From contig JBLDXI010000001.1 in assembly GCA_047495785.1 (NCBI GenBank), positions 2,294,001-2,358,000 of the forward strand: a stretch of 64,000 nt of DNA, written 5' to 3'. The translations under genes were made by a program, and so were the position numbers. This document shows positions 24,541 through 36,223 of the stretch, piece by piece. The stretch's first letter is position 1; the number at the start of each line of letters is the position of its first letter. Source of the DNA: Lepidodermella squamata (Eukaryota; Animalia; Gastrotricha). The notes beneath the pieces were generated by a model, which worked only from the letters and a program-made list of their open reading frames with translations, did not search any database and was not told where the DNA came from.

Positions 24541-26035
24541 TTAGAAATAGAGGACCGATTCGTTGTATAGAACAGGAGAATGGATCGATAGGTTCATAGT
24601 CGTTGCCGGTTCATTCGAGCTTTCTGTTCCTCCGACTACGTCTTCCCTAGCGAAGTTTTCTCGCACGTACCGGCGGAACTTGTGCTTCATATCTTCAATT
24701 GAATCGCTGACAAAGTAGACCGACTGATAATCAGCATCTTGGTACTTTTGAACAGCAACCTTTGAAGGTTCGAATTCTCGGATTTCAGGTTTGCCGGATA
24801 GCGCATGTTTCAACTCGCCGAATGCGGACAATAAGCCGGCGCCAAAGGCCTTGACATTGCCATCGTCGGCTTCATCTCGGCATAGACCGAATTCCACCGT
24901 AAACCAGTAGAGCTAAAAGATCAAATGATTTTTCAATTTTTTTCACAATTGAGCAAAATTTACCGTTGATAATTTCTCGATTTCCTCGTCTGATGCTCCG
25001 AGTGAAGCTATTCCGATTTCTTGCGAAAAATCTGCAAAGTCAGGATCGGCCAGCATTGGAACATGACCCAAAAGCTCGTGAATGCAATCTCTGGATGAAA
25101 AAATTCTTGAAAAAATTGATAAAAGAAGGCATAAAACTCACGGTTCAGGGCTGTGATGTGGCGACGATGGATGCCGAATATATTGGGTACACATGAAAAC
25201 GCGGTAGGCCAAGCTGTAGAGAAAGTGCCTAGACGACAGCAAACCAGAGATAGGCCGTAGTTGAAACCCGGTTTGCTCCTTCAAAAAGGTCGAAACATCT
25301 TCGAGCTGCGGAATGAAATCAGGCGAGTAGATTCCTCTCTCCTCCATTAGGTTGAAAACGCGGAGAAATCCGGAGTAAGCATGCGTCTTGTGCAGCTCTT
25401 TCAGCTTTAAATACACCGTAGACCAGGTCGATATCTCACCGGGAGTGAATTCAACTCGAGGAATCGGCGATCCACTGAAAGACCAATTTTTTGAAATTTT
25501 ACCGAATTAAGGTGGATTATTTACATTTTATAATTGTAGGCGATTTGAGCGATTGCATTTCTTCGGCCACGGTAATTACTGTCGTAGAATCCCTGAAATT
25601 TCCAAAATCATCATAATTAATTTAAACTAGAGCCTAAAAACTCACTGGATGACCAGAATCTGCAGTCGGGTCGAATTTTGTTATGCAATCGATACATTTA
25701 TCCAGCTCTGAAATGTCTTTAGGGTACCAATGCTTCTTTCCAGTGGAAATGTCTCCAATCAGTTCAACATGAGAATCGGTCAGAGAGTTCCTCAAAGCTT
25801 CCAGCAATTCTTGGCCCGAATCATTTTGTCTATCGATTTGAGTTTCGACCATAAAATCGCGCTTGCTATGGTCAAATTGGTTTTTCCGAATTTCAAGCCG
25901 CTCAATTTCGGCACCTTTCAGCCTTTCGATTGTGCTGTAGATACAACTGAGAGCTATCGATGGCTGCTCAATGCCTTTGATGAGGAAAACGCATCGGTCG
26001 CTTTCCGAATCGCTAGATGAGCTTCGCGACGACAT
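24541..26035 (-). CDS. TH: biopterin-dependent aromatic amino acid hydroxylase, tyrosine hydroxylase-like (TH1), 5 exons
   Basis: ACT-like N-terminus, TKFDP...[52 protein letters not shown]. Fe ligands H, H and E are intact. HSPEP, W-F-T-V-E and YQD are TH-type signatures. Confidence 0.88.
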
Positions 26036-26497
26036 TGCGTAAGAAAAATTTCACCAAATTTCCAGGATAAAATGTGAAGACCTGAGAATAAACGCGCCCG
26101 GTTATATTTGTCCGAGAAAGGCAGGCGCACGTGGGCGAAGTTCCTCGCGCACTTAATTAGTCGCTCGGTGAGTAGTTATAGGCCGGTGTTGCGTCAATTT
26201 TTCCGGAACAGCGGTGCGCCGGTCTACGAAGCCACGTTTGAAAAGACAGTTGGCGTCAAAAACAAAATTTTCGTGTTCACGCGCATCGGATTAATCTTTT
26301 TCCTATGATTAATTATTAAGAACTCGGTAGCGGCAACGGTAGTCAGCGTGGGGAAAAATGAACTCGAGAGTTCTGGACAAATGCATCTCTTAAAATAATT
26401 GCTGATTGCGTGCCAAGTTCGCGAGTGACGCATTGACCTCTCGATCTAAAAACTCAATAGAAAAAATATTTCATCAAAATTTCTTATCGTAATCGAA
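26036..26497. promoter_or_regulatory. probable bidirectional promoter between TH1 and the pseudo-hydroxylase
   Basis: 462 bp between divergent ATGs of two paralogues. Confidence 0.5.
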
Positions 26498-27815
26498 ATG
26501 CCTCGAAGAAAACTTGGTAACAGCGAGGTTGATTATTTTGCGCGTAGCCAATGTTCGTTTTTGCTCGAAGACGTCGACCAGCCAACGGCCGCCTTGAGTT
26601 TGATTTACGAAATTGTCGAAGCTGAAAACAACGCTCAAGTTCAGCACTTGGAGATACGAAAAAAACCATTCGATGAATGCACGCGGGATATTTTGGTCGA
26701 GGTGCTGGTTGACTCGTGCGGTTCAAGCTCAGCGAATTTCATTGCTAAAAGTTTAAAAAAGCGAATCGGATTGTCCAAGGTGACTCAAATTGAGAAAATG
26801 AGTTCGGGAGATGTCGAAAAGTTATGGTACCCGAAAACATTATCGGAGCTTGACAGATATTTCGAAGCCCAGAGTAACGAAGTTGTCGCTGATTCGGTCG
26901 AGTGGTGAGAAATTATCATAATTAAAGTAATATTATTCTAGATTTTTTCTAATTTTCTTCAGGGAACTGGCATATTCTGAGTCGAAACGAGCCACTAATG
27001 AGATGGCCAGTTCCAATTATTTGCGAGCAATGAGCAAATTCGAGGCTTCACAAATTTACTCCACAAATTGCGCACCAAAAATACGAGAAATTTCAAATTT
27101 TCTTAAAGGTGCGTCGAAAATTCTCATCGCCCAGAAAAATTTCATCAATATTTGTTTTTCAAAGGAATAACGACATTTCAAATCAGAATTGTTCGAGGGA
27201 AATTTCCGAAGCGGCAGTTTTTCTATTGTTTGGCATATCGCGTTTTTGTCATCAGCCAAAATTCTCCATTCAACGTTGGCGGGAAATCGTAAGATCCCAA
27301 ATTTGAAGGTATAAATCGGTCACATTTTTTTATTTTTCGATAATTTTACAGTCATCCGAGTCGCCAATTGCTCTACCAAGTGCCAATGCTAGCTGATAGC
27401 GATTTTGCTGAATTTTTGCAAGATATTGGCATAGCTTCGCTTGGAGCGACAGACTTCCAAATCGAACAGTTGTCAATGGTAAAAATCGACCGATTTTTCG
27501 ATCATGGCCAATTTTCTAACAATTTTCCAACCTCAGATTTATCGCTCCATAGCCGAACGTGGATTGATACGAGATGCGTTTTTCGACGGAGAAGTTAGAA
27601 TGCTCGGATCTGAACTTTTATCTGAATCTAAAATCGCAAAGCCCTTGTCGGCCGAACTGGTAACAACAATTCGAGAATTCGATCCATCATCGGCAGCTTG
27701 CCCCAGCACTGATTTGTTTGTTATCGATTCGATCGAAGTGGCGCGCCTGAAATTCCGCGATTTCGTACACAAACATTTCAACAATAATAATTTACTGAAC
27801 TGCGCTATTTATTGA
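26498..27815 (+). CDS. catalytically dead aromatic amino acid hydroxylase paralogue (pseudoenzyme), 5 exons, frame intact
   Basis: ACT domain homologous to TH1, [51 protein letters not shown] is replaced by HPSRQLLYQ. All GT-AG junctions join in frame. Confidence 0.8.
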
Positions 27816-28422
27816 CTAACCGATTTCGTTTCAATTTCATTCAATTTCATTTTTATCAATAAAATGTGCTGCTACCAGATAAGTTTTTTTCAAAACTGCC
27901 GCATGAAAAAATGAATTTTGAACTTTGGTCAGCGGACTTCTGAGTTTTAAACAAAACGGCTGCATCAATTATTAAGGTGTTTTTTCCATTGTTTCCAGAA
28001 AACTCTTTTAGCGATAATTAAAAGCAACGAGCAAAATAATCAAACCGAAAGGACAAAAATTGAACTCATTTTTTTCAATCACGTGTTGCCAGCGGTAGGT
28101 CACCAAGAGGCGTAATACTTTCATCAATTTTTGCGCAATTAAAATGATAATAAGACTGACTCACCGCCGTTCTTCGTTGTCTTAAAAGCGGCGCTGACGG
28201 TTTCAGCGCCGCGTGGTCACGAAAAAATTGAGAGTTTTTAATGATAAGAAATTACAAATCAAAACACCTCATTAAAAAAACGGCTATGCCGTCCTCCTTT
28301 TAGCGCGCTCGGTGGCGTGACGCCTTTCGTACCCGTGAGCAGCTTGAAACATTGTCTACACCCGTTCTAATACGCAGTTCAATTTTTTGACATAGCTTAA
28401 TCTGACGTAGAAGCATTTCAAA

Positions 28423-29052
28423 ATGGCGGATCACCAATTTTCTGTAAAAATGCTGACCCGAGATCGCCTCGATGAGGTTGTCGATGTACTGGCGAATTCA
28501 TTCATGCAGACTCACATTCCGACGATCCACCTTAAACAATTCACACCGGAAAAGTTTCCGATCTTCGTCCGCGACTTCATCGTTGAACCTTGCATCGATC
28601 AAAACGTTAGCATTTTCGTTGAGGACTCTGCTGGTAAAATGCTTGGCGTAGTTGTTTGCGAGAAGTGGCATATCGAGGAGAATCCTACTCTGCCTGATCA
28701 GGATCAAGAGATGTTCATATTGATGGGAGAACTCGATAAAATGTTGCCGGCTGAGATGGTTGCGGAGTCGGGAAAAGGGACAATTCTGCATGTCAACATG
28801 GTCGCTACTCGAGTTGGCGAGCAAGGCCGCGGGGTTGGGACTCTGCTGATAAAATCAATGGTCGAATTTGGGCTGAATAATGGGTTCAAATACGCCTTCA
28901 ACGATTGCACATCGGCTGAAATGCAACACATATTTTTGAACAAATTGGGGTTTACTAACGTTGGAGAAATCGTGTACGATACATTCAGCGAGAAACTCAA
29001 AGGCTGCCCTGGCAAAATTGTTCTAGCTGTCAAGAAATTGCTTCAAGATTAG
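28423..29052 (+). CDS. GNAT acetyltransferase resembling insect-type arylalkylamine/dopamine N-acetyltransferase, single exon
   Basis: V..VLANSF, C..QNVS...D..GKMLGVVV, acetyl-CoA motif QGRGVG.LL and DCTS..MQHIF..KLGF match the iAANAT-like layout. Confidence 0.75.
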   Translation: MADHQFSVKMLTRDRLDEVVDVLANSFMQTHIPTIHLKQFTPEKFPIFVRDFIVEPCIDQNVSIFVEDSAGKMLGVVVCEKWHIEENPTLPDQDQEMFILMGELDKMLPAEMVAESGKGTILHVNMVATRVGEQGRGVGTLLIKSMVEFGLNNGFKYAFNDCTSAEMQHIFLNKLGFTNVGEIVYDTFSEKLKGCPGKIVLAVKKLLQD

Positions 29053-29106
29053 GCTGTCGGAATCATGAGATGAAATAATTAACCTATGACGCCCACAGCA
29101 GGCATA

Positions 29107-30215
29107 CCGTATTTCTCGAAAATATACGACACACCTGTATATATCCCCGCTCCCTAATACAACCCGACGAAAAAATCGTTTGTTCATATTTAACCCAGGC
29201 CTCGAAATTGTACCACAGCTATTTTAATTTGGGCGAAGCATGCGTTGGAACAAAAGAAAAGCCTTATTAATGACGCATTATCGTAATCAGTGATTAGCTA
29301 TCGCGTAAGCAGCTTCGCAACGTCTGATCTTGGCACCATTCATAAGCCAGCAGAAAATGCCCATTCAGCATTCACTAGCTGAGACACAGAGTTTTATTTT
29401 AAAATTTTCATATCCTTCTTAATCGTTTTAACCTTCTGGAATCGATGATGGCTGGCTCTCCTGATCGTCTTCAAGATTCCGTCCAGGTGTCCGAAGAAGA
29501 CAAGCGAAAGCGGCACCGCAAGTATTCCCTCGCATACAAAATTCGCGTGGCTGATCATGCAAAAGCAATCTCAGCAAACGATGCCTCGAGAGTCTTCAAG
29601 GTCGATCGTCGATGCGTCAAGGAATGGCTACAACATCACCAACAGCTGCTGATTCTACAGTTCGCTGGCATGGAAAAGCGTCATCGTCTCCTTGGCGCCG
29701 GTCGACCGCTGGCCTACCCTAACCTCGATCAGGTTATGGAAGAATGGATAACCGAGCAACGCCTCGCCCGCCGTCCCGTCTCAAGGCGCAGCATTTTGCT
29801 GAAAGCAAAACAGCTCGATCCATTATTCAAAGGCAGCAACGGATGGCTCGATCGTTTCCTCAAACGGTACGATTGCTGGCCGAGAGCTACTGGCTTCGAA
29901 GATGGCATCAAACGACACGTTCGATCAAGTCATCAGCCTGGATGATTTCAACGATGACGAAAGTGAACCTGACTTTTTTTTTATTGATAATTGATTTTGT
30001 TGGTTGATCAAAAAATTGTTAACTTTTTCACTTTTTCACTGAATCGACAAATAAAACAATCTAAAAACGTCGTCTTAATACGAATTGCTCGCGGCTTTTT
30101 GTGATGATTCGCAATTAAACAGCACACCCGTATATATCCCCACTCCCTAATACAACCCGAATCAAAAATCATTTGTTCATAAATATAGCCCGCGGTAAAT
30201 TTTCGAGAAATACGG
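29107..30215 (+). mobile_element. internally deleted pogo/Tigger-like (Tc1-mariner superfamily) transposon
   Basis: TA duplications, TIR ccgtatttctcgaaaat / attttcgagaaatacgg, and subterminal direct repeats at ~29131-29188 and ~30124-30181. Confidence 0.85.
29445..29945 (+). CDS. truncated pogo-like transposase (HTH + CENP-B-type HTH only, no DDD catalytic domain)
   Basis: RKYSLAYK...AAR-like HTH..V.EW, GAGRP, L..W..EQR....VSR..I..KA, FKGS.GWL.RFLKR. Confidence 0.75.
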   Translation: MMAGSPDRLQDSVQVSEEDKRKRHRKYSLAYKIRVADHAKAISANDASRVFKVDRRCVKEWLQHHQQLLILQFAGMEKRHRLLGAGRPLAYPNLDQVMEEWITEQRLARRPVSRRSILLKAKQLDPLFKGSNGWLDRFLKRYDCWPRATGFEDGIKRHVRSSHQPG

Positions 30216-31677
30216 TACCTTATCACGAGCAAATTTTCGATTTTATCATAAGTTTTATAGTAACCATTGAGGATAGAAATAAATTTTCGAATTCATCTAA
30301 TTAACGTTTTAAGTCTAAAATGTTGTAATTATGAAAATCAGCAGCAATAAAACACGGATGACAGCAATAATTCACGGCATCGCTGTTATGATTCGATTTT
30401 AGATATTCGTTTAGCTCGCGGTTGAAATCTTGAATTTCAAGCTGGTGGAGTTCTATGAATGATCTGCAATGTCTCCCTCAAATAGAGGGTCCTAGATTAT
30501 AAATGATACAGGGTGACCAATTTCAATGTGGATCACTCACAAAGGGTACCAGAATCACATGGAATATGCGATTTTTTACCGTTCTATTCTCAGAGAACTG
30601 TCGACGTTCAAGTGATCGTCTTTCTCGTCATTAATAGACCGAATTCGGGGGAATTTTGGGTAGGGTAAAGTGCTTCAAATCTGTAAAATGCTGTAGACTT
30701 TTGACATTAACTTTATCGAAGGCTGAAGCTTGCGGCGAGAGGCCATTCTTTAGCCATTAGGGCACCTTGACCCTCGAATTGCAAGGCCTGAAAAAGAAAT
30801 GTTGGGAAATTCACCATTTCCCATATAAATTCAAAATATGTTCTTTGCAAATCTGAGGCACTTTACTCTAACGGTTGTACTAACCTTGCCATTCTTGTGG
30901 AGCCTTGTGGAGTCATTAACTTGCCATTCCCAAACCAGGATGGGAGATTCCGAAACTTATGAAAAGGACCTCGAAAGTCAGGTCTGAAATCATCCAACAG
31001 GCTTCGCATCATTTTCAGTGCGATAGCGTTCATTGGCGCCACGTTGGATCCGCAAGAAAAACGACCGATTCTTTAATATTATAGCTGTGACGTCTCTGTA
31101 TATCAACGAGTCGATATAAGTATACAAAGTATGTTTCGAGTGAATCCCGTGACTCCCGTGAACCTTCAAAATTTAGACGTATGCAGTGAAAGCGAGAAAA
31201 TATCGAGTTATTTTTCTGAAAATTAGTAAATAGTGCGCATAAAGGTGTAATATTATTTGAAAAGAAAAAACAATCCTCTCCTCAAAAAAATATTGTTTTA
31301 TTTTTATGATCATTTTTTATCTGAAAATAAGTGAATATTTAAACCAGAGACCAGGAAGAAATTAGTCTCATCCGAAGCGGCGGGTCGAATTAAGATTTCC
31401 GTAATAATCGGGCATGGCTTCACGTCGTGCCCCACAGCTGAGTCAGATGAAAAGTACTCAATTGAATGCGCCTAATCTCCGAACAGGAAATTAACGGCGG
31501 TATCAATTGAAAGCTCCGAATAGGAGGTCCGGGAGTTCGCAAGACCTCCACCGCGGTTTACACCGCTATCATGAATAAAATAAACAATAGGCAGCGAAAT
31601 CACCGACATTTTGCTTAAATTTTCCGGTAAAAACCAGAAAAATCCGATCCGGAATTGTCCGGTGATTTTTGCTGATT

Positions 31678-31853
31678 AACCTGATTTCACTGATCATCTC
31701 TGAATCTTTTTGTTTTCCTCGCTAACAAGTGTTAATAGCTAATCACCAGTCTCGTAGCATCGGGCATATTTCTTACTTCTGACAATGATATAGGAAATTG
31801 TACTTTCGAACCGAAAGTCTAAACTGCAACGGCGGTATCAGTGAAATCAGGTT
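31678..31853. repeat. 17-bp perfect inverted repeat, possible MITE
   Basis: aacctgatttcactgat / atcagtgaaatcaggtt. Confidence 0.5.
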
Positions 31854-32410
31854 TCTGTGTAGTTCACATGACATGGCTGTGGAACTTGAGGGACACCCAG
31901 ATCGGCTATGGGCTATGGCTCTTTCGCATGCGATGAAGCCCGCAAGCTTTGGCTAAATGATTATTTATTCATTTTATTAGCGACTAATGTCGCGGTAAGG
32001 CTCGTTAGAACCTCCTGACATCGGATATTTCACCGATCATTGACGTTCTGATTTTACTCAGTGGCTTACACAGTGGTTGGGGCTTGACCCGAAAGTCATG
32101 CCCAACTTTCAAATAGTTTCTGGGCCGAGCGCCTCATAGATAAAATTCCACGTGTCTTATGAATCTCATAACCATATTCACATGTTGAGTGTTGTGATGA
32201 ATCACCAAATTAATATGATAAAAAATGCACAGCAAAAAATGGATTTTTATTTTAAAGTTGATAGCAAATCTGGTCGCAGATTGGAAATGTTCACAAATAG
32301 AAGAAGGCCGGACTGATCCGTTTTCCTTGCAATGCTAGCTCAACTTTTATAGACTTTGCAGAAAGATTAGTCACTTTGTGTACATAATCACATAAAAATA
32401 CGAAAATTCG

Positions 32411-33115
32411 TCAAAATGCTACAGCCTCTGCAGCGCAGTCACTTGATTTCTCGGCCGTGTCGATTGCAACCCCAACAGAGTGGCGGTAATTGGGCCTGAA
32501 CACGGCGAATTGAACTTCGTTTCCAACTTCAGGCAACGTATCTGTTTCGAAATGAGTTCTCATATACTCGGGGTAGTCTCGCGCTACTTCATGGCTTATA
32601 GGATCAGAACCGTCCTCATAGGTCCATCCGAAATATGTCAGACCATTGATTGATGGCCGATCAGGAATATCAAACTAAAATTATAAAGGAAAAGTTAATA
32701 CTCCACGATGTCAAATTTGGCGTAAACTCACCGAATGCTGTCCACTTTGAATCGGCAAAGCAACTGGGTATTCATAAACGAGTTTCATAGCACTTTCCAG
32801 GGGCCGCCAGAGTTGGAAGCGCACCTTCACCTCCCTTGTGGTACCAGGATGGATGTAGCACAGAAATTTGGCCAGTCGCCCGCTTTCAAGAGGGAATTCT
32901 CTGTTAACCCAAGTTCTCCTCTGGGTCTCATTGTTCGCATATTTTCGCAGCTTTATCTCAGCTCTTGCAGGGTAGTAAACCAGAGATCCAACAGGTTCAC
33001 TGAATAGCTTTGGTGACGTCGTAGAGGAGTCTGCTTCTTGTGCTATTCCACGCTCCAAATTAGCTAATATTATACTACCAACTAGAAGTAAAAGTCGACT
33101 TGAGGAAAACAACAT
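32411..33115 (-). CDS. secreted protein of unknown function, 2 exons
   Basis: Signal peptide MLFSSSRLLLLVGSIILA. Exon 2 FDIPDRPSINGLTYFGWTYEDG...EAVAF* is in frame after a gtgag intron. Confidence 0.7.
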
Positions 33116-33439
33116 CTTGCGATTTCGTTGTATGTTTCCAAAAGTTGTTCATATACATGTTGGCTATTAGTCGTGGGTGATAATCCCTCCTACTACATCA
33201 TTCTTGTGTACACATCATATTCCTGCTACATGAGTTGTAAAGTGTAGTGCACGATGCTATAAAATTAATACATACACATAACAATCCTTATTGTAAGAAA
33301 ACGAAAATGCGAGAGAAATAATCCAACAATTAAAACTAGACGGAAAAGCAATCGGTTTTATTTTCATGGCAGTAGTTATTTCTAGAGGAATCGTTTGAAG
33401 TTCAAACTTAGCAAAAGAAGGAAGAACTGTATCGGTCCC

Positions 33440-34334
33440 CTAGCCAGACAAGCTTCTCCAAACCCATCCGTAGATATCCCCGAAAATATTACCTACGCCA
33501 TTGTAAGATGGCTGATTTGTATTAGGAAGTCGGGCAGAAAATCCGTTGTTCCTCGCAGCTTGGGCATTTCTCTTTTTCGCATCCTGCCTAATCATCTCGA
33601 GCTGCATGATTTTCTCCGCGGCATCAGGGCACGCTGCGGTAAATACTTGATCCAGACTTCCGTCCGCGGGCTTGAAGAGATTGTTAGTTGAGCTTTGAAG
33701 CGAATCAATTCCACTAGCCAGCCACTTCTTTTCCTTCGCCGCTGAGGTTTGGAATACGTTAACGTGAACGTACAAGTTTTCCAGGTCAGATCTAGCCGCT
33801 TCGATATTAGCCTTGATGTTATTGGGGTTCTTAGGGGTGGCGCCTGTGAAGATCCAGAATACATTCGTTTTGTTCCTATCTTCGCCAGTTTGCCGATCTT
33901 GAATCTGGTAAGAAATAAATAACAATGATGTTGACTTAAGGTAGTAGCTTTCTCACCATAGAAGCAGCTTGTGCAACTGCATTTTCGACGTTAGGACCAG
34001 ATCCTAGATCTTTCGAGGTCAACCTAAGCCCGTTAAACTTCCCATTCGCGACGTTCACCAGAGTATTGTCGGTCAAGTCCTGAATGACATCTGCAGCGTT
34101 GGCGAATTGAACAAGCCCGAGAAAAATCTCGCTGTTGCTATTCACAAATGTGTCGTTGTATTTCTTAAGGAGGCTTATGATATTTGGTTTCAGCGCCAAG
34201 TTGTAGGTTGACGGCGTGAAGTAGCCTTTGTCGACAAGCAGTACCAAATTAGACGCACATGGCGGAATGTCTTTGTTTTGCGCGGAGGCAATTGATATAA
34301 TCGTGCTTAGAGCTAGAAAATTCAGGGTAAACAT
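33440..34334 (-). CDS. secreted VWA-like protein paralogue A, 2 exons
   Basis: Signal peptide, C..NLVLLVD, LGLVQFA, VFWIFTG; degenerate MIDAS; ends WVWRSLSG*. Confidence 0.75.
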
Positions 34335-34809
34335 CACGAAACCGGATAACATCAACGGCTGATTATTGAAGTTGTATTTGAAGCTAGGTAGCAAATGCAG
34401 AAAGACTACGGCAACTACAGCCGATGTTCAGACAGTTCATTTATTACTCTGACACGATAGTAAGTTGTGCGCTCTGCTCACTCTTAATGCAAGGAGGAAG
34501 ATACAGGCTTGATGCGTTAACTCCAATTAAAACAGTCAGGTTTACTGTAAGTAGAACCGTGGGCCGGCGTCGAAGCATTCGCCTATTGCTACCTCCGGGA
34601 AAAGGTTCCAGCGTCCGGCTTCGAAATAATACAGAAAGATTATGCTTTATAAGGGTGTATCTTTATTTTCTCTATGGAGTAATCTACGGATCATGCCTAA
34701 AATATTATTGAAGTGAGGAATGGTAAGAGGCTTGGCAGTGCTTCACAATATCCTGATGTCAAACGGTGGTTGGTTAAAATAGTTCATGTTCAACAATATA
34801 AGCTTCGAA

Positions 34810-35755
34810 TCATTTTCCAAGACTTCGCGAAATCCAATCATTAACTTGGTTGAAAAAATTCCCGCTAAAAGGATTACTCGGAGCCGGGTTGTTCCAAACA
34901 TTATTGTTGTTATTTGCATTTTGTTGAACTACCGGGTTCGTTTGCTGGGGGCTGAATAGTCCCTTTCGCCTCGCCTCAGCCCGCTCTTGCTCTCGTTGCT
35001 CCTTCACCTCCAAAATCTTCGCAGCAGTGGCGGGACAAGCTGCGGTGAAAACTTTGTCAAGATTCCCGTCTGTGGTGACAAAGAAGTTGGTCGGGGAGCC
35101 TTGAGTTGAATCAACGCCAGCATCTTGCCATTTCTTCTCCTTATCAGCAGCAGAGTTGTAAATGCTGACATGAATGTATAAGTTGTCGTCAAGCTTCGTT
35201 TTCGCGTCGCTGACAGCCGACTTCACATCAGAAACCTTCTTGGGGGCAGCGCCAGTAAATATCCAGAAAACAGACTTTGCTTTGTTAGCTTCCGTAGAAT
35301 CGTCTTCGGTAGAGTTTACCACCTAAACATGCCGGAAAAGATAACTTGAAGTTTTTGCAGTAATCAGAAGAACTCACGAGTTCCGCAGCCTTTGCTATAG
35401 CTAACTGGGCATTTGAAGTCGAACCAACATCTTTAGATGTCAACTTGAGACGGCTGAACCTTCCATTCGTTACATTGGTCAGGCTCGCATTGCTTAGGTC
35501 TTGTATGACGTTGAACGTATCAGCGAACTGAACGAGGGCGACAGAGACATCGCTGTTCTTCGCCAGGAGAGTATCGTTGTATTTCTTCAGAAAACTGATG
35601 ATATTCGGCTTCACGTTCAGGTCGTATAAAGTTGGGGTGAAAAAGCTCCTGTCGACGACAAACACAATGTTTGCTTTGCAGGCCGGAACTTCATCATCTT
35701 TGCAGAGTGCCAAGGAAAAAATGACAGCTAACAAAGCAAGGGTTAGGATTTTCAT
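34810..35755 (-). CDS. secreted VWA-like protein paralogue B, 2 exons
   Basis: Signal peptide, CKANIVFVVDRS, VALVQFA, VFWIFTG; clear paralogue of A; ends WISRSLGK*. Confidence 0.78.
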
Positions 35756-36223
35756 TTTCTCGAGAGTTTAAAGTATTAAAGTTTTGTAAGGGCTATTGCA
35801 CTCGAGTGAACCTGTCGACGCCTTCTAATATTTTTACGACCAGGCAGGCTCTGGCGGCGCGAGATCGTGTCGACGTCGACATGATACGAGCTCACAATTG
35901 TCGACATGTATCGTTGGCGCAAATTAATCATTGAGTTTCCTCAAATTATTCCTCTGCGCGTAATGGCTAATATTGTATCATAAGGTACTAAGCTAATCTT
36001 GTTTTTTTCGACACTTTACGCGCTCTTCATAGCCACAACAATTGTAAGAATCACGACAGCTCGTGGAATGTTGCCAGAATCTTATACCAGAGATATGCAC
36101 ATCACGACTAGTTACGCATAACAATATCACAAATGAAAAAAGCAGTTTTTTGAAATGACCATTTTATTGCAGAGATGCCATCTGGTCATTTCGGGGTCTT
36201 CAGCATTACTGCTCCTATTAGTT

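Noticed and set aside
24541-26035. Serotonin/melatonin pathway (TPH + DDC + AANAT)
   Set aside because: The hydroxylase signatures (HSPEP, YWFTVE, YQD) are TH-type rather than TPH-type (YTPEP, YFFTVE), and no ASMT is in the window. Not fully excluded without an assay.
30400-31035. Possible spliced gene on the minus strand (MNAIALKMMRSLLDDF...)
   Set aside because: I could not build an in-frame multi-exon model; all downstream frames hit stops quickly.
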